A stretch of DNA of 32,467 nt, from IMG/VR virus record IMGVR_UViG_3300045988_149396, positions 1 to 32,467 of that record, one strand, 5' to 3'. Positions 26,507 to 32,467 of this stretch are shown here, piece after piece. The stretch is from a virus. The notes beneath the pieces are model-generated. The model was not told the origin of the DNA. It ran no database searches and was given only the letters and a program-made list of their open reading frames with translations. Positions within the stretch are counted from its first letter, which is position 1. Each line of letters begins with the position of its first letter. Both the position numbers and the translations under genes were made by a program.

Positions 26507-26705
26507 TGAGCTCTCCTTGGGTGTGGTCATGGACAAAGCCGCCAATGAGGATTGCGGCGGAAGCGGGGGTGAGCGCAATCGCGAAGATGATTGCTCGGAA
26601 GGTGATTGTGGGCTGTGCGGTGCCGATTCCAATGATGACGACGGAGGCGAGCGCGCAAGCCCAGACAAGGGCTTTTGCGGTGCGGATACTGCGGGCGGTG
26701 GTCAT
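26499..26705 (-). CDS. Small membrane protein (2 predicted TM helices)
   Basis: Internal ATG 26705 (MTTARSIRTAK...) after AAGGACACTCACC. 68 aa with two hydrophobic stretches. Confidence 0.55.
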   Translation of the reverse strand: MTTARSIRTAKALVWACALASVVIIGIGTAQPTITFRAIIFAIALTPASAAILIGGFVHDHTQGELNG

Positions 26706-26721
26706 GGTGAGTGTCCTTGGG

Positions 26722-27234
26722 CTAGATGATGAGGAGGATGAAGATAGTGAGTGCTGCGGCGACCCAGAGGGCGAGGCTGATCCAGGCGAGGGTGATAAGT
26801 TTCTTTTCCGCCTCTGCGAGGTCAGCGCGAACGAGGGTGAGGTCGTGGTTCTGGCTCGTCTGCTTTGCGTGCAGGCGCCGGGTGTAGCGGTTGAGCTGGG
26901 CGAGCGCCTGGCGCTGGTCCTTGCCGGCGCCTTGCAGGATTCCGACCGCGGTTTCGGTTTCGGTGAGCTTGCGTTCGTTTTCAACGATGCATTGCATTGC
27001 GAATCCGACGTTTGCGTTCACGTCCTTCGTGTGCTGTGCGACCCTCCCGTTGAGGTGGTCGGTGAGGCGGCGGGTCTCGCAGAGTTCGTCCTGGAGGCAC
27101 GCGATGCTGTTGTCGAGGCTGTCGATGTCGGTGCGGACCTGGTCGTGGTTGTCGATGATTGTCTGGATGGCGGTGTGGCGGTGGTGGCGTCCTGCTGCGC
27201 GGTCGCGCTTGGTCTTGGGGTTGGAGGCGGTCAT
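26722..27234 (-). CDS. Coiled-coil protein with a C-terminal TM anchor
   Basis: 170 aa with SD AAGGACACACC. The C-terminus LITLAWISLALWVAAALTIFILLII is hydrophobic. Confidence 0.6.
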   Translation of the reverse strand: MTASNPKTKRDRAAGRHHRHTAIQTIIDNHDQVRTDIDSLDNSIACLQDELCETRRLTDHLNGRVAQHTKDVNANVGFAMQCIVENERKLTETETAVGILQGAGKDQRQALAQLNRYTRRLHAKQTSQNHDLTLVRADLAEAEKKLITLAWISLALWVAAALTIFILLII

Positions 27235-27267
27235 GGTGTGTCCTTTTGGTGGGGGTGGGTGGTGAGG

Positions 27268-27456
27268 TTATCTCTTTTGCAAATCGTTGATAAAATTGCG
27301 GAGCTCTTTCGCCCTCTTCTTTTCCGCCTCGGCCTTCTTGTATTCCTGGAAGTCTTTATGCGCTTCGAAACTGTAGGCCGCGGCGACGATAGCCGAGGTA
27401 ACACTGATAACGGCGCAGGCGACGCTGAAGATTAGACTGAACTGTTCAGAATCCAT
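27268..27456 (-). CDS. Small membrane protein (N-terminal TM, basic helical tail)
   Basis: 62 aa with SD GAAGG. Hydrophobic FSLIFSVACAVISVTSAIVAAAY. More AT-rich than its neighbours. Confidence 0.55.
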   Translation of the reverse strand: MDSEQFSLIFSVACAVISVTSAIVAAAYSFEAHKDFQEYKKAEAEKKRAKELRNFINDLQKR

Positions 27457-27476
27457 TGGGGGTTTACCTTCGGGTG

Positions 27477-28022
27477 TTAGAGAAGCTGGGCGATTTGGCT
27501 GCGGCGGTGACGCATCAGGTGCTCTGCGAGGCGGGTGACGCAGTGCTCTACCGCTTCATCTGAGAACTGGAGCTTGTCCCAGTCCTTGATCTGGTCGGCG
27601 GTGAGCGCGTCATGCAGTGTCACGCCGCAATCGATGGGGCATGGAATATGGATGTTCGCGCGTGCCTTGAACAGCTCGTTTTCGTGCAGGGCGGGTCGCA
27701 GTTCAGGTCGGATGCTGTTCCTGCGGTCCCAGCAGATGCGGGCGGCATCGAGGCACTTGGTTGCGTGAGCTACCAGCTCTACCCAGAAGTCGGGGTGTGC
27801 CGTCTTGATGTGTTCGGCTGCTGCAGTGCCCATGATGCGGGCGATATTGCCGGGGTCCAGCTCCGCGTAAACTTCCTGGCATGCCCCGCAGTGGAGTGCA
27901 GGTGCCTTCTTACCGCGGAGGCGCGGGTCTCGGTTGTGGACGGTGAGGTGCCGTGCCCACCAGATGGTTCGGGCGTGCTCTGTAGCGAGCGCTTCGGCGG
28001 GGTTTAGGTGTTTCTCGTTCAT
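27477..28022 (-). CDS. Hypothetical protein
   Basis: 181 aa with SD CAGGAAACACCA. No family recognised. Confidence 0.6.
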   Translation of the reverse strand: MNEKHLNPAEALATEHARTIWWARHLTVHNRDPRLRGKKAPALHCGACQEVYAELDPGNIARIMGTAAAEHIKTAHPDFWVELVAHATKCLDAARICWDRRNSIRPELRPALHENELFKARANIHIPCPIDCGVTLHDALTADQIKDWDKLQFSDEAVEHCVTRLAEHLMRHRRSQIAQLL

Positions 28023-28039
28023 TGGTGTTTCCTGACGGG

Positions 28040-28237
28040 TTAGACTACGAAGCCTTCGATGGTTACTTCCTTGATGTAGCCGTCGTGGGCCATAGTGATT
28101 GACGCTTTGGGGGATCTGAATTCCATCTCTCGGCTGAGGTCGCGAATAGCCTGCCGAAGCTCCCTAATGACTTCTGAGTCCAGCCGATTCTTCTGCGGAG
28201 CTGCTGGCAATTCCCTACGCGGGTCGTTCCAATCCAT
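28040..28237 (-). CDS. Hypothetical protein
   Basis: 65 aa with SD GAGGAAACACCA. Confidence 0.55.
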   Translation of the reverse strand: MDWNDPRRELPAAPQKNRLDSEVIRELRQAIRDLSREMEFRSPKASITMAHDGYIKEVTIEGFVV

Positions 28238-28247
28238 TGGTGTTTCC

Positions 28248-28454
28248 TCAGTTGGTGGTGTGGGTGACGGGGAGGTTCGAGAGCCAAGCCATCACTGCTG
28301 CACTGGTGTAGTAGATGCGTCCCCCGCTTCGGATGTATGCGGGGCCTGTCCGAGCCTTGCGCCAGGCGGCTAGAGTTCGTGGCGAGATACCGAGGTTGTC
28401 GGCAAGCTCTTCCGGACTCCAGACCGTGAGCGCGTTATCGGGGATAGTCAGCAC
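28248..28454 (-). CDS. Excisionase-family HTH protein (candidate Xis)
   Basis: 68 aa with a GTG start after AAGGACAGGAATAA. Motif ELADNLGISPRTLAAWRKARTGP ... GRIYYTSAAVMAWL. Second gene of the lytic operon. Confidence 0.6.
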   Translation of the reverse strand: MLTIPDNALTVWSPEELADNLGISPRTLAAWRKARTGPAYIRSGGRIYYTSAAVMAWLSNLPVTHTTN

Positions 28455-28468
28455 TTATTCCTGTCCTT

Positions 28469-28482
28469 TACTTGTGCAAGTA
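28469..28482. promoter_or_regulatory. 14-bp palindrome TACTTG-TG-CAAGTA abutting the SD of the Xis-like gene
   Basis: Read directly. The arms are perfect 6-mers. It lies in the 58-nt gap after the Cro-like gene. Confidence 0.35.
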
Positions 28483-28512
28483 TCCCAGGTTAGGGGCAAG
28501 TGGGTAAAAAAA

Positions 28513-28752
28513 TTAGCTTGCCGACAGCTCGGGAATGTGCTCCTGATAAAACCACCCCGGACTTAGGCCAAGCACCCCCGCCAAATCCCACAACTCTGTC
28601 GCTCGGATTGGCGAGTTGTGATTTTCTAGGCTGGAAAGTCTTGCGCGAGTCATTCCAGCTCGCTGCGCGGCTTCAATCCGTGTGAGCTTCGTCTTTGCGA
28701 GTGCGAGCCGTAGATTCTCGGCTAGAACCTCACCTGGTTCTCGATTTGCCAT
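28513..28752 (-). CDS. Cro-like XRE-family HTH regulator (first lytic-operon gene)
   Basis: Start moved to ATG 28752 (MANREPG...), 8 nt after AAGGA. 79 aa. HTH LTRIEAAQRAGMTRARLSSLEN. Divergent from the immunity operon. Confidence 0.7.
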   Translation of the reverse strand: MANREPGEVLAENLRLALAKTKLTRIEAAQRAGMTRARLSSLENHNSPIRATELWDLAGVLGLSPGWFYQEHIPELSAS

Positions 28753-28774
28753 TCCTTTCATCCTTTCGTCGTTA

Positions 28775-28811
28775 TGCAATAAGTGTACGTCCCCACCCAG
28801 TGACAAGTCAA
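28775..28811 (-). promoter_or_regulatory. Candidate early lytic promoter (-35 TTGACT, 18 nt, -10 TACACT, +1 A at 28775)
   Basis: On the minus strand, TTGACT is the complement of 28806..28811 and TACACT is the complement of 28782..28787. The -10 lies inside the left arm of the 15-bp inverted repeat. Confidence 0.45.
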
Positions 28812-28862
28812 GCAATAATCTGCATTTTTTAAAAAATTCTAGATTTTTTCACACTTTTTATG

Positions 28863-28875
28863 TACACTGAGTGCA
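28863..28875 (+). promoter_or_regulatory. Candidate lysogenic promoter: -10 TACACT placed 6 nt before ATG 28875 (leaderless start)
   Basis: TACACT at 28863..28868, then GAGTGC, then ATG. No SD precedes either ATG (28860 or 28875). The element mirrors the lytic -10. Confidence 0.4.
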
Positions 28876-29303
28876 TGATTCAACAGAAGAAGAGCACGGC
28901 TGGTCGCCGCAGCACTGGACCTGCGAACCGATTTAGCCAGTTGCTAAACGAAGAACTACGTGCGGCACAATCCCGCAGGCGCTTGACGTTGCGAGCACTG
29001 GAAGAGCTCACTGGTGTAAGTCGCAATCGGCTTTCCCTTACTCTAAACCTTGACTCCTCACCTCTGAATACAAATGAGTTTGAGCTTATTTGCAGAGCCC
29101 TCGAGCTCAACCCGGCGGAAGTCTGCTTCCGTGCCGAGGCGGCGCTACAGAAGGAGCTGGCAGCCGAGACTTCTTCCGTGTCCGACAAAGAACTGGCTGC
29201 TGAGATTCTCGCGCGGGCTGAATCAGCGACCAAGTCGGGTTACCGCCTTGCCGCTCATCCTGCCGACCCTGTCCTTACTGACGACTCAGGTTGGGGGGCA
29301 TAA
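28875..29303 (+). CDS. HTH (XRE-like) immunity repressor paralog 1
   Basis: Start chosen at ATG 28875 (MIQQKKSTAGRRSTGPANRF). This aligns residue for residue with the paralog 2 N-terminus and gives 142 aa. HTH LTLRALEELTGVSRNRLSLTLN. C-tail GYRLAAHPAD. Confidence 0.7.
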   Translation: MIQQKKSTAGRRSTGPANRFSQLLNEELRAAQSRRRLTLRALEELTGVSRNRLSLTLNLDSSPLNTNEFELICRALELNPAEVCFRAEAALQKELAAETSSVSDKELAAEILARAESATKSGYRLAAHPADPVLTDDSGWGA

Positions 29304-29545
29304 TGCGTTCTGCACCCCCGGTTGAATCAGAGATGTTCAGTGAAGCCATCAACCACACTGTTAGGAAATGGATGGACATCCGAGGTGAAAACCTACTCAC
29401 CCTTGCGGATAAAACAGGCATCTCAAAAAGTAAGCTCAGCAGAACCGTCTATCGGTCTGAGGGCTCTTTGACAGTGCGGGACCTTAGCATTATCTGCCAA
29501 GCTCTTGACATAAACGTCCTCGATGTAATCAAACCAACCCCATAA
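29303..29545 (+). CDS. Short HTH-only paralog (80 aa)
   Basis: ATG 29303 forms a TAATG overlap with the paralog 1 stop, and a G-rich tract lies upstream. HTH LTLADKTGISKSKLSRTVY ... LSIICQALDINVLDV aligns with the core of paralogs 1-3. It lacks both the basic arm and the C-tail. Confidence 0.6.
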   Translation: MRSAPPVESEMFSEAINHTVRKWMDIRGENLLTLADKTGISKSKLSRTVYRSEGSLTVRDLSIICQALDINVLDVIKPTP

Positions 29546-29550
29546 CTATC

Positions 29551-29979
29551 ATGACCCAATCAAAGAAAAAGACCGGGAATCGCAGGGGAACCGGCCCTGC
29601 TAACAGGTTTAGCCAGCTCCTTAACGCGGAGCTTCGCGCAGTCGTCGCCTATCGACGAATGACCCTGCGTGACATTGAAGAAGCAGCCGGGGTTAGCAAA
29701 GCAAGGCTCTCAATGGCACTAAACCAAGACGCGTCTCCGCTCAATACTAATGAGCTTGAACAGATTTGCAGGGCTCTAGATGTAGACCCTGCTGATATAT
29801 GTGCACGTGCTGAGGCAACCCGTAAGAAGGAACTAGCCGCCGAAACTGCCGTTGCCTCGGATAAGGAACTGACTGCGCAGATTCTGGCGCGTGCCGAAGC
29901 CGCAACCAAGGCCGGCTACCGCCTCGCCGCGCACCCTGCCGACGATATCGTTACTGAGGATTCAGGATGGAGTGCGTAA
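29551..29979 (+). CDS. HTH (XRE-like) immunity repressor paralog 2
   Basis: 142 aa. Segments MTQSKKKTGNRRGTGPANRFSQLLN ... MTLRDIEEAAGVSKARLSMALN ... GYRLAAHPAD. Confidence 0.7.
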   Translation: MTQSKKKTGNRRGTGPANRFSQLLNAELRAVVAYRRMTLRDIEEAAGVSKARLSMALNQDASPLNTNELEQICRALDVDPADICARAEATRKKELAAETAVASDKELTAQILARAEAATKAGYRLAAHPADDIVTEDSGWSA

Positions 29980-30434
29980 TGGGCTCCACCTCTCAGCCTA
30001 AATCAGGCCTGCTCAATGAAACAGTCAAGAAAAAGCAAGGAAACCGCAAGGGCACTGGACCTGCAAGCCGTTTCAGCCAGCTTCTCAACGAGGAGTTGCG
30101 TGCCGCGGCCGCAAGGCAACGTATGAGTCTGCGCGCCTTGGAAGAACTGACCGGAATTAGCAGGACTCGGTTGAGTGTTACCCTCAACCAGGACGCATCG
30201 CCGCTCAATACCAATGAATTTGAGTTGATTTGCCGTGCTCTCAACATCAGTGAAGCAGAGATGTGTACACGTGCTGAAGAGGCACGTAAGAGGGAAGAAG
30301 CAGCTTCTCTTGTTTCTGACAAGGATCTTGCGGATGAGATTCTCGCGCGAGCCGAAGCCGCAACCAAGGCCGGCTATCGCCTAGCCGCACACCCCGCCGA
30401 TAAGGTCATCACCGAAGACAACCACAGCGCATAA
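29979..30434 (+). CDS. HTH (XRE-like) immunity repressor paralog 3
   Basis: ATG 29979 forms a TAATG overlap with the paralog 2 stop, with GGAG 7 nt upstream. 151 aa. Segments KKKQGNRKGTGPASRFSQLLN ... MSLRALEELTGISRTRLSVTLN ... GYRLAAHPAD. Confidence 0.7.
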   Translation: MGSTSQPKSGLLNETVKKKQGNRKGTGPASRFSQLLNEELRAAAARQRMSLRALEELTGISRTRLSVTLNQDASPLNTNEFELICRALNISEAEMCTRAEEARKREEAASLVSDKDLADEILARAEAATKAGYRLAAHPADKVITEDNHSA

Positions 30435-30459
30435 CCAGCGCACAATCACCGATTCACTC

Positions 30460-30879
30460 ATGACTTCAATAAATACATATGACTACGACCCAGAACGCCA
30501 CGCCGAGGACCTGGGTATCCGCATCGTCGAAGCCCAGCCACCAGCAGGCACACTAGCCCTCTGGGATGAGCAAACCCGGACTATACTCACCGCCCCTGGG
30601 CTTCTACACCGTCAGCGACGATGCGTTATAGCCCATGAGCTCGCCCACGCAATCAACGGAGACGAACACTCCCCCATGGACGACGTCGCCTCCACCAAGC
30701 GCGAGCGCCGCGCCGACATCATTGCCGCCGGCTGGCTTCTGCAGCCACATGCAGTGCGTACCGCTCTGGCGGTGGCTCCTGATTCTTTGCCTGCTGCGGC
30801 GGCAGAGCTTGAGGTTACCGAACGTATCCTCTCTGCTTGGCTTTGGGAACATAGCAAACGGGGCGGTCTGGATAGCTAG
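30460..30879 (+). CDS. ImmA/IrrE-family (COG2856) zinc metallopeptidase
   Basis: 139 aa with the HExxH motif in VIAHELAHAINGDEH. Sits immediately after the HTH genes and upstream of int, matching the immR-immA-int order. Confidence 0.75.
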   Translation: MTSINTYDYDPERHAEDLGIRIVEAQPPAGTLALWDEQTRTILTAPGLLHRQRRCVIAHELAHAINGDEHSPMDDVASTKRERRADIIAAGWLLQPHAVRTALAVAPDSLPAAAAELEVTERILSAWLWEHSKRGGLDS

Positions 30880-30894
30880 TCCAGTCCGCCCCGT
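30858..30894 (+). terminator. GC-rich hairpin straddling the ImmA stop codon (no U-tract)
   Basis: ACGGGGCGGTCTGGA pairs with TCCAGTCCGCCCCGT (14 bp plus one T.T mismatch). The 7-nt loop TAGCTAG contains the stop codon. Confidence 0.4.
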
Positions 30895-31029
30895 CTGTGC
30901 ATCATCAATCAATTTAGGAGAAAGACTCAGCTCGCCCTTGCAGGTTCCGCCTCGTATGTTATCGGTTATTGCCGAAGTAGTGTAGCGTCAGCACGGAGCT
31001 GTGGCAAGAAAGTCGCCTATCGGCGTGTT

Positions 31030-31094
31030 GCGGTTACCTTTTTGGGCAAAAAGATAACCGCCCCACCTACTGTATCCGGCAGTAGACGGGGCGG
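31030..31094 (+). other. Two overlapping hairpins in the 305-bp non-coding gap upstream of int
   Basis: H2 (31030..31061) has stems GCGGTTA/TAACCGC plus CTTTTT/AAAAAG. H3 (31058..31094) has stems CCGCCCC/GGGGCGG plus CTACTG/CAGTAG. They share 31058..31061. Confidence 0.4.
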
Positions 31095-31184
31095 TTCCTG
31101 TGCGGTCCGTGCTGAAGGAATGCTCGAACGAGATGACCGAGTTTAGCGTCACCTGCGGGCGAGCGCAAGTGAAAGGAGAAGCGG

Positions 31185-32282
31185 GTGGTTAGGGACCCTC
31201 TTCCGGTGGGAACCCACGGGGTTCTCAAGCTGACTAAGCTGCGCCCTGGTGTTTGGCGTGCCCGCGCGTCGTATCGTGATTGGCGCGGGGTGCGGCGTGA
31301 CGTGACCGCGCAGGGTCCGACTAAGGCGGCGGCTGAGCTGAAGCTTAAATCGAAGTTGGCGGCGTTGCCGGCTTCGGGTGCGAGCCTGAGCGGTACCACT
31401 ACGTTGAAGGTCGCGCTAGACAGGTGGCTTGGTGGGCTCGATGGGCTGGCGCAGAATACTCTGCGTAATTACACGTTGTGGGCTGGGCAGGTTGCCGGGG
31501 CTTTGGGCTCGTTGCGTCTGAATGAGGTGACGGCTGGTCGCCTCGATTCCTACTTAGCCTCGGTGAAGGCTCCCACCAGCCGGTATAACCAGCGTTTGGT
31601 GCTGAAAATGGCATTGGACGAGGCTGTGCGCCTCGGGGCGCTACCTCATAACCCTGTGCTGGCGACCCGCACGGTGAAGGGCAAAAAGAAGCAGGTGCGA
31701 GCGCTTGATCTGGAGCAGGTGAAGGTTCTTCGGTCGCTGGTGGCTGCGCTTGAACCTACACCTACCTATGATGGGTGGATGCCTGACCTGGTGGATGTTC
31801 TGCTGGGGACGGGTTGCCGTTGGGGTGAGGGTGCCGGTCTGCGGTGGGAGGATGTTGACCTGGATTCTGGCGTGGTGACGGTTCGTGGCACGTTGATTCA
31901 AGGCAAAGGCTGGCAGGCGGATACAAAGACGCACGAGCCGCGCACTCTGCAGGTGCCGCGGTTTGTTCTTGATGTCCTGCAGAGGCGGCACTCAGAGGCC
32001 CGTGAAGGTGCCGTGTTCGTGTTTGAACAGGGCGTGGCTCCACTTGCCTATAACTCGGCGCGTAACTGGCTGGTGCGGGCGGTGAGGGGCTCTGAGCTTG
32101 AGTGGGTTACCTGGCATGTCCTCCGGAAGACTACGGCGACGTTCCTTGATGAGCGGCTTGGTCTGGCTGAGGCGTCTCTGCAGCTTGGCCATGCGTCCGA
32201 GGCGCAGACGCTCTCGGCGTATGTTGCTCGGCAGTCGCAGGCTGTCTTTGCTGATGCGCTGGAGGGGCTGGCGGCGGCATAG
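31185..32282 (+). CDS. int: Tyrosine integrase
   Basis: 365 aa with a GTG start after AAAGGAGAAGCGG. Catalytic signature: GCRWGEGAGLRWEDVD (Arg), WHVLRKT (H-x-x-R) and LGHASEAQTLSAYV (His ... Tyr). Confidence 0.9.
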   Translation: MVRDPLPVGTHGVLKLTKLRPGVWRARASYRDWRGVRRDVTAQGPTKAAAELKLKSKLAALPASGASLSGTTTLKVALDRWLGGLDGLAQNTLRNYTLWAGQVAGALGSLRLNEVTAGRLDSYLASVKAPTSRYNQRLVLKMALDEAVRLGALPHNPVLATRTVKGKKKQVRALDLEQVKVLRSLVAALEPTPTYDGWMPDLVDVLLGTGCRWGEGAGLRWEDVDLDSGVVTVRGTLIQGKGWQADTKTHEPRTLQVPRFVLDVLQRRHSEAREGAVFVFEQGVAPLAYNSARNWLVRAVRGSELEWVTWHVLRKTTATFLDERLGLAEASLQLGHASEAQTLSAYVARQSQAVFADALEGLAAA

Positions 32283-32308
32283 ATTGGTCACAATTTACTC
32301 CCAATTTT
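32283..32308. repeat. Direct repeat ATTGGTCACAATTTACTC, copy immediately after the int stop codon
   Basis: Starts 1 nt after the int TAG (32280..32282). Partner copy is at 105..130. Confidence 0.85.
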
Positions 32309-32351
32309 GAAACCCCTCTAGACTGTATCCAGACTGTCATTAGTTGCAGGT

Positions 32352-32408
32352 AAACAGAAAAAAGATACCCCCGAAACCCCTTGTCAATAAGGGATTTCGG
32401 GGGTATCT
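32352..32408 (-). terminator. Rho-independent terminator for the minus-strand late/lysis operon (across the circular junction)
   Basis: AGATACCCCCGAAA (32363..32376) pairs with TTTCGGGGGTATCT (32395..32408), with further inner pairs. On the minus strand it is followed by TTTTTTCTGTTT. Confidence 0.65.
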
Positions 32409-32412
32409 GCCC

Positions 32413-32467
32413 TAGTCAAGCCCATAACGGGGCTTGAGTCGCAAGACTAGAAAGCCTTGTTTACCAG
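32413..32467. repeat. Terminal direct repeat, copy 2 (identical to 1..55)
   Basis: See copy 1. The window ends exactly at the end of the repeat. Confidence 0.95.

Larger units (their letters stand above)
1..32467. mobile_element. Complete temperate siphovirus-type phage/prophage genome (32412 bp unique)
   Basis: Full set of modules is present: integrase, immunity, early, packaging, head, tail and lysis. There are no obvious host genes. The two 55-nt ends are identical. Confidence 0.85.

Noticed and set aside
26506-27435. 309-aa plus-strand ORF across the small-membrane-protein genes
   Set aside because: It is antisense to three minus-strand genes that have conserved SD contexts and sensible TM/coiled-coil sequences. 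It is Val/Gly/Ala/Asp-rich, which is off-frame composition.
31067-31399. 110-aa minus-strand ORF overlapping the int 5' end
   Set aside because: It is antisense to the integrase N-terminus, Arg/Pro/Ser-rich, and begins inside int with no SD.

Overview
The window reads as one complete temperate, high-GC (Actinobacteria-style) siphovirus-type phage or prophage. Its first and last 55 nt are identical, so the unique length is 32412 bp. This means either a circular or terminally redundant genome, or a prophage cut at attL/attR. The minus strand (28752 down to 117) carries two blocks. The early block has a Cro-like HTH, three excisionase-family HTH proteins, small membrane proteins, a Bro-N-like protein, an HNH-domain replication candidate with a perfect 3 x 84-bp internal repeat, a VRR-NUC nuclease and a Zn-ribbon protein. 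The late block has HNH, TerS, TerL, portal, a MuF::ADP-ribosyltransferase fusion, a small AT-richer ORF, scaffold, HK97-type capsid, connectors, major tail, chaperones with a canonical -1 frameshift site, tape measure, tail tip and a collagen-like fibre, amidase and holin. The plus strand (28875 to 32282) carries the lysogeny operon. The most unusual element is in that operon: four tandem paralogous HTH genes feed into an ImmA/IrrE-type metalloprotease and a tyrosine integrase, an amplified version of the immR-immA-int module. It starts from a back-to-back promoter pair built on a 15-bp inverted repeat, and the first paralog looks leaderless. Other leads are the MuF-ART fusion with a candidate immunity or moron ORF, iteron-like palindromes in the 84-bp repeats, a promoter plus hairpin plus Zn-ribbon arrangement at the early/late boundary, and a lambda-like attP layout across the terminal repeat. 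No RNA genes or CRISPR array were seen. All family calls come from motifs recognised by eye and from gene order. No database search, structure prediction or RNA folding was run.
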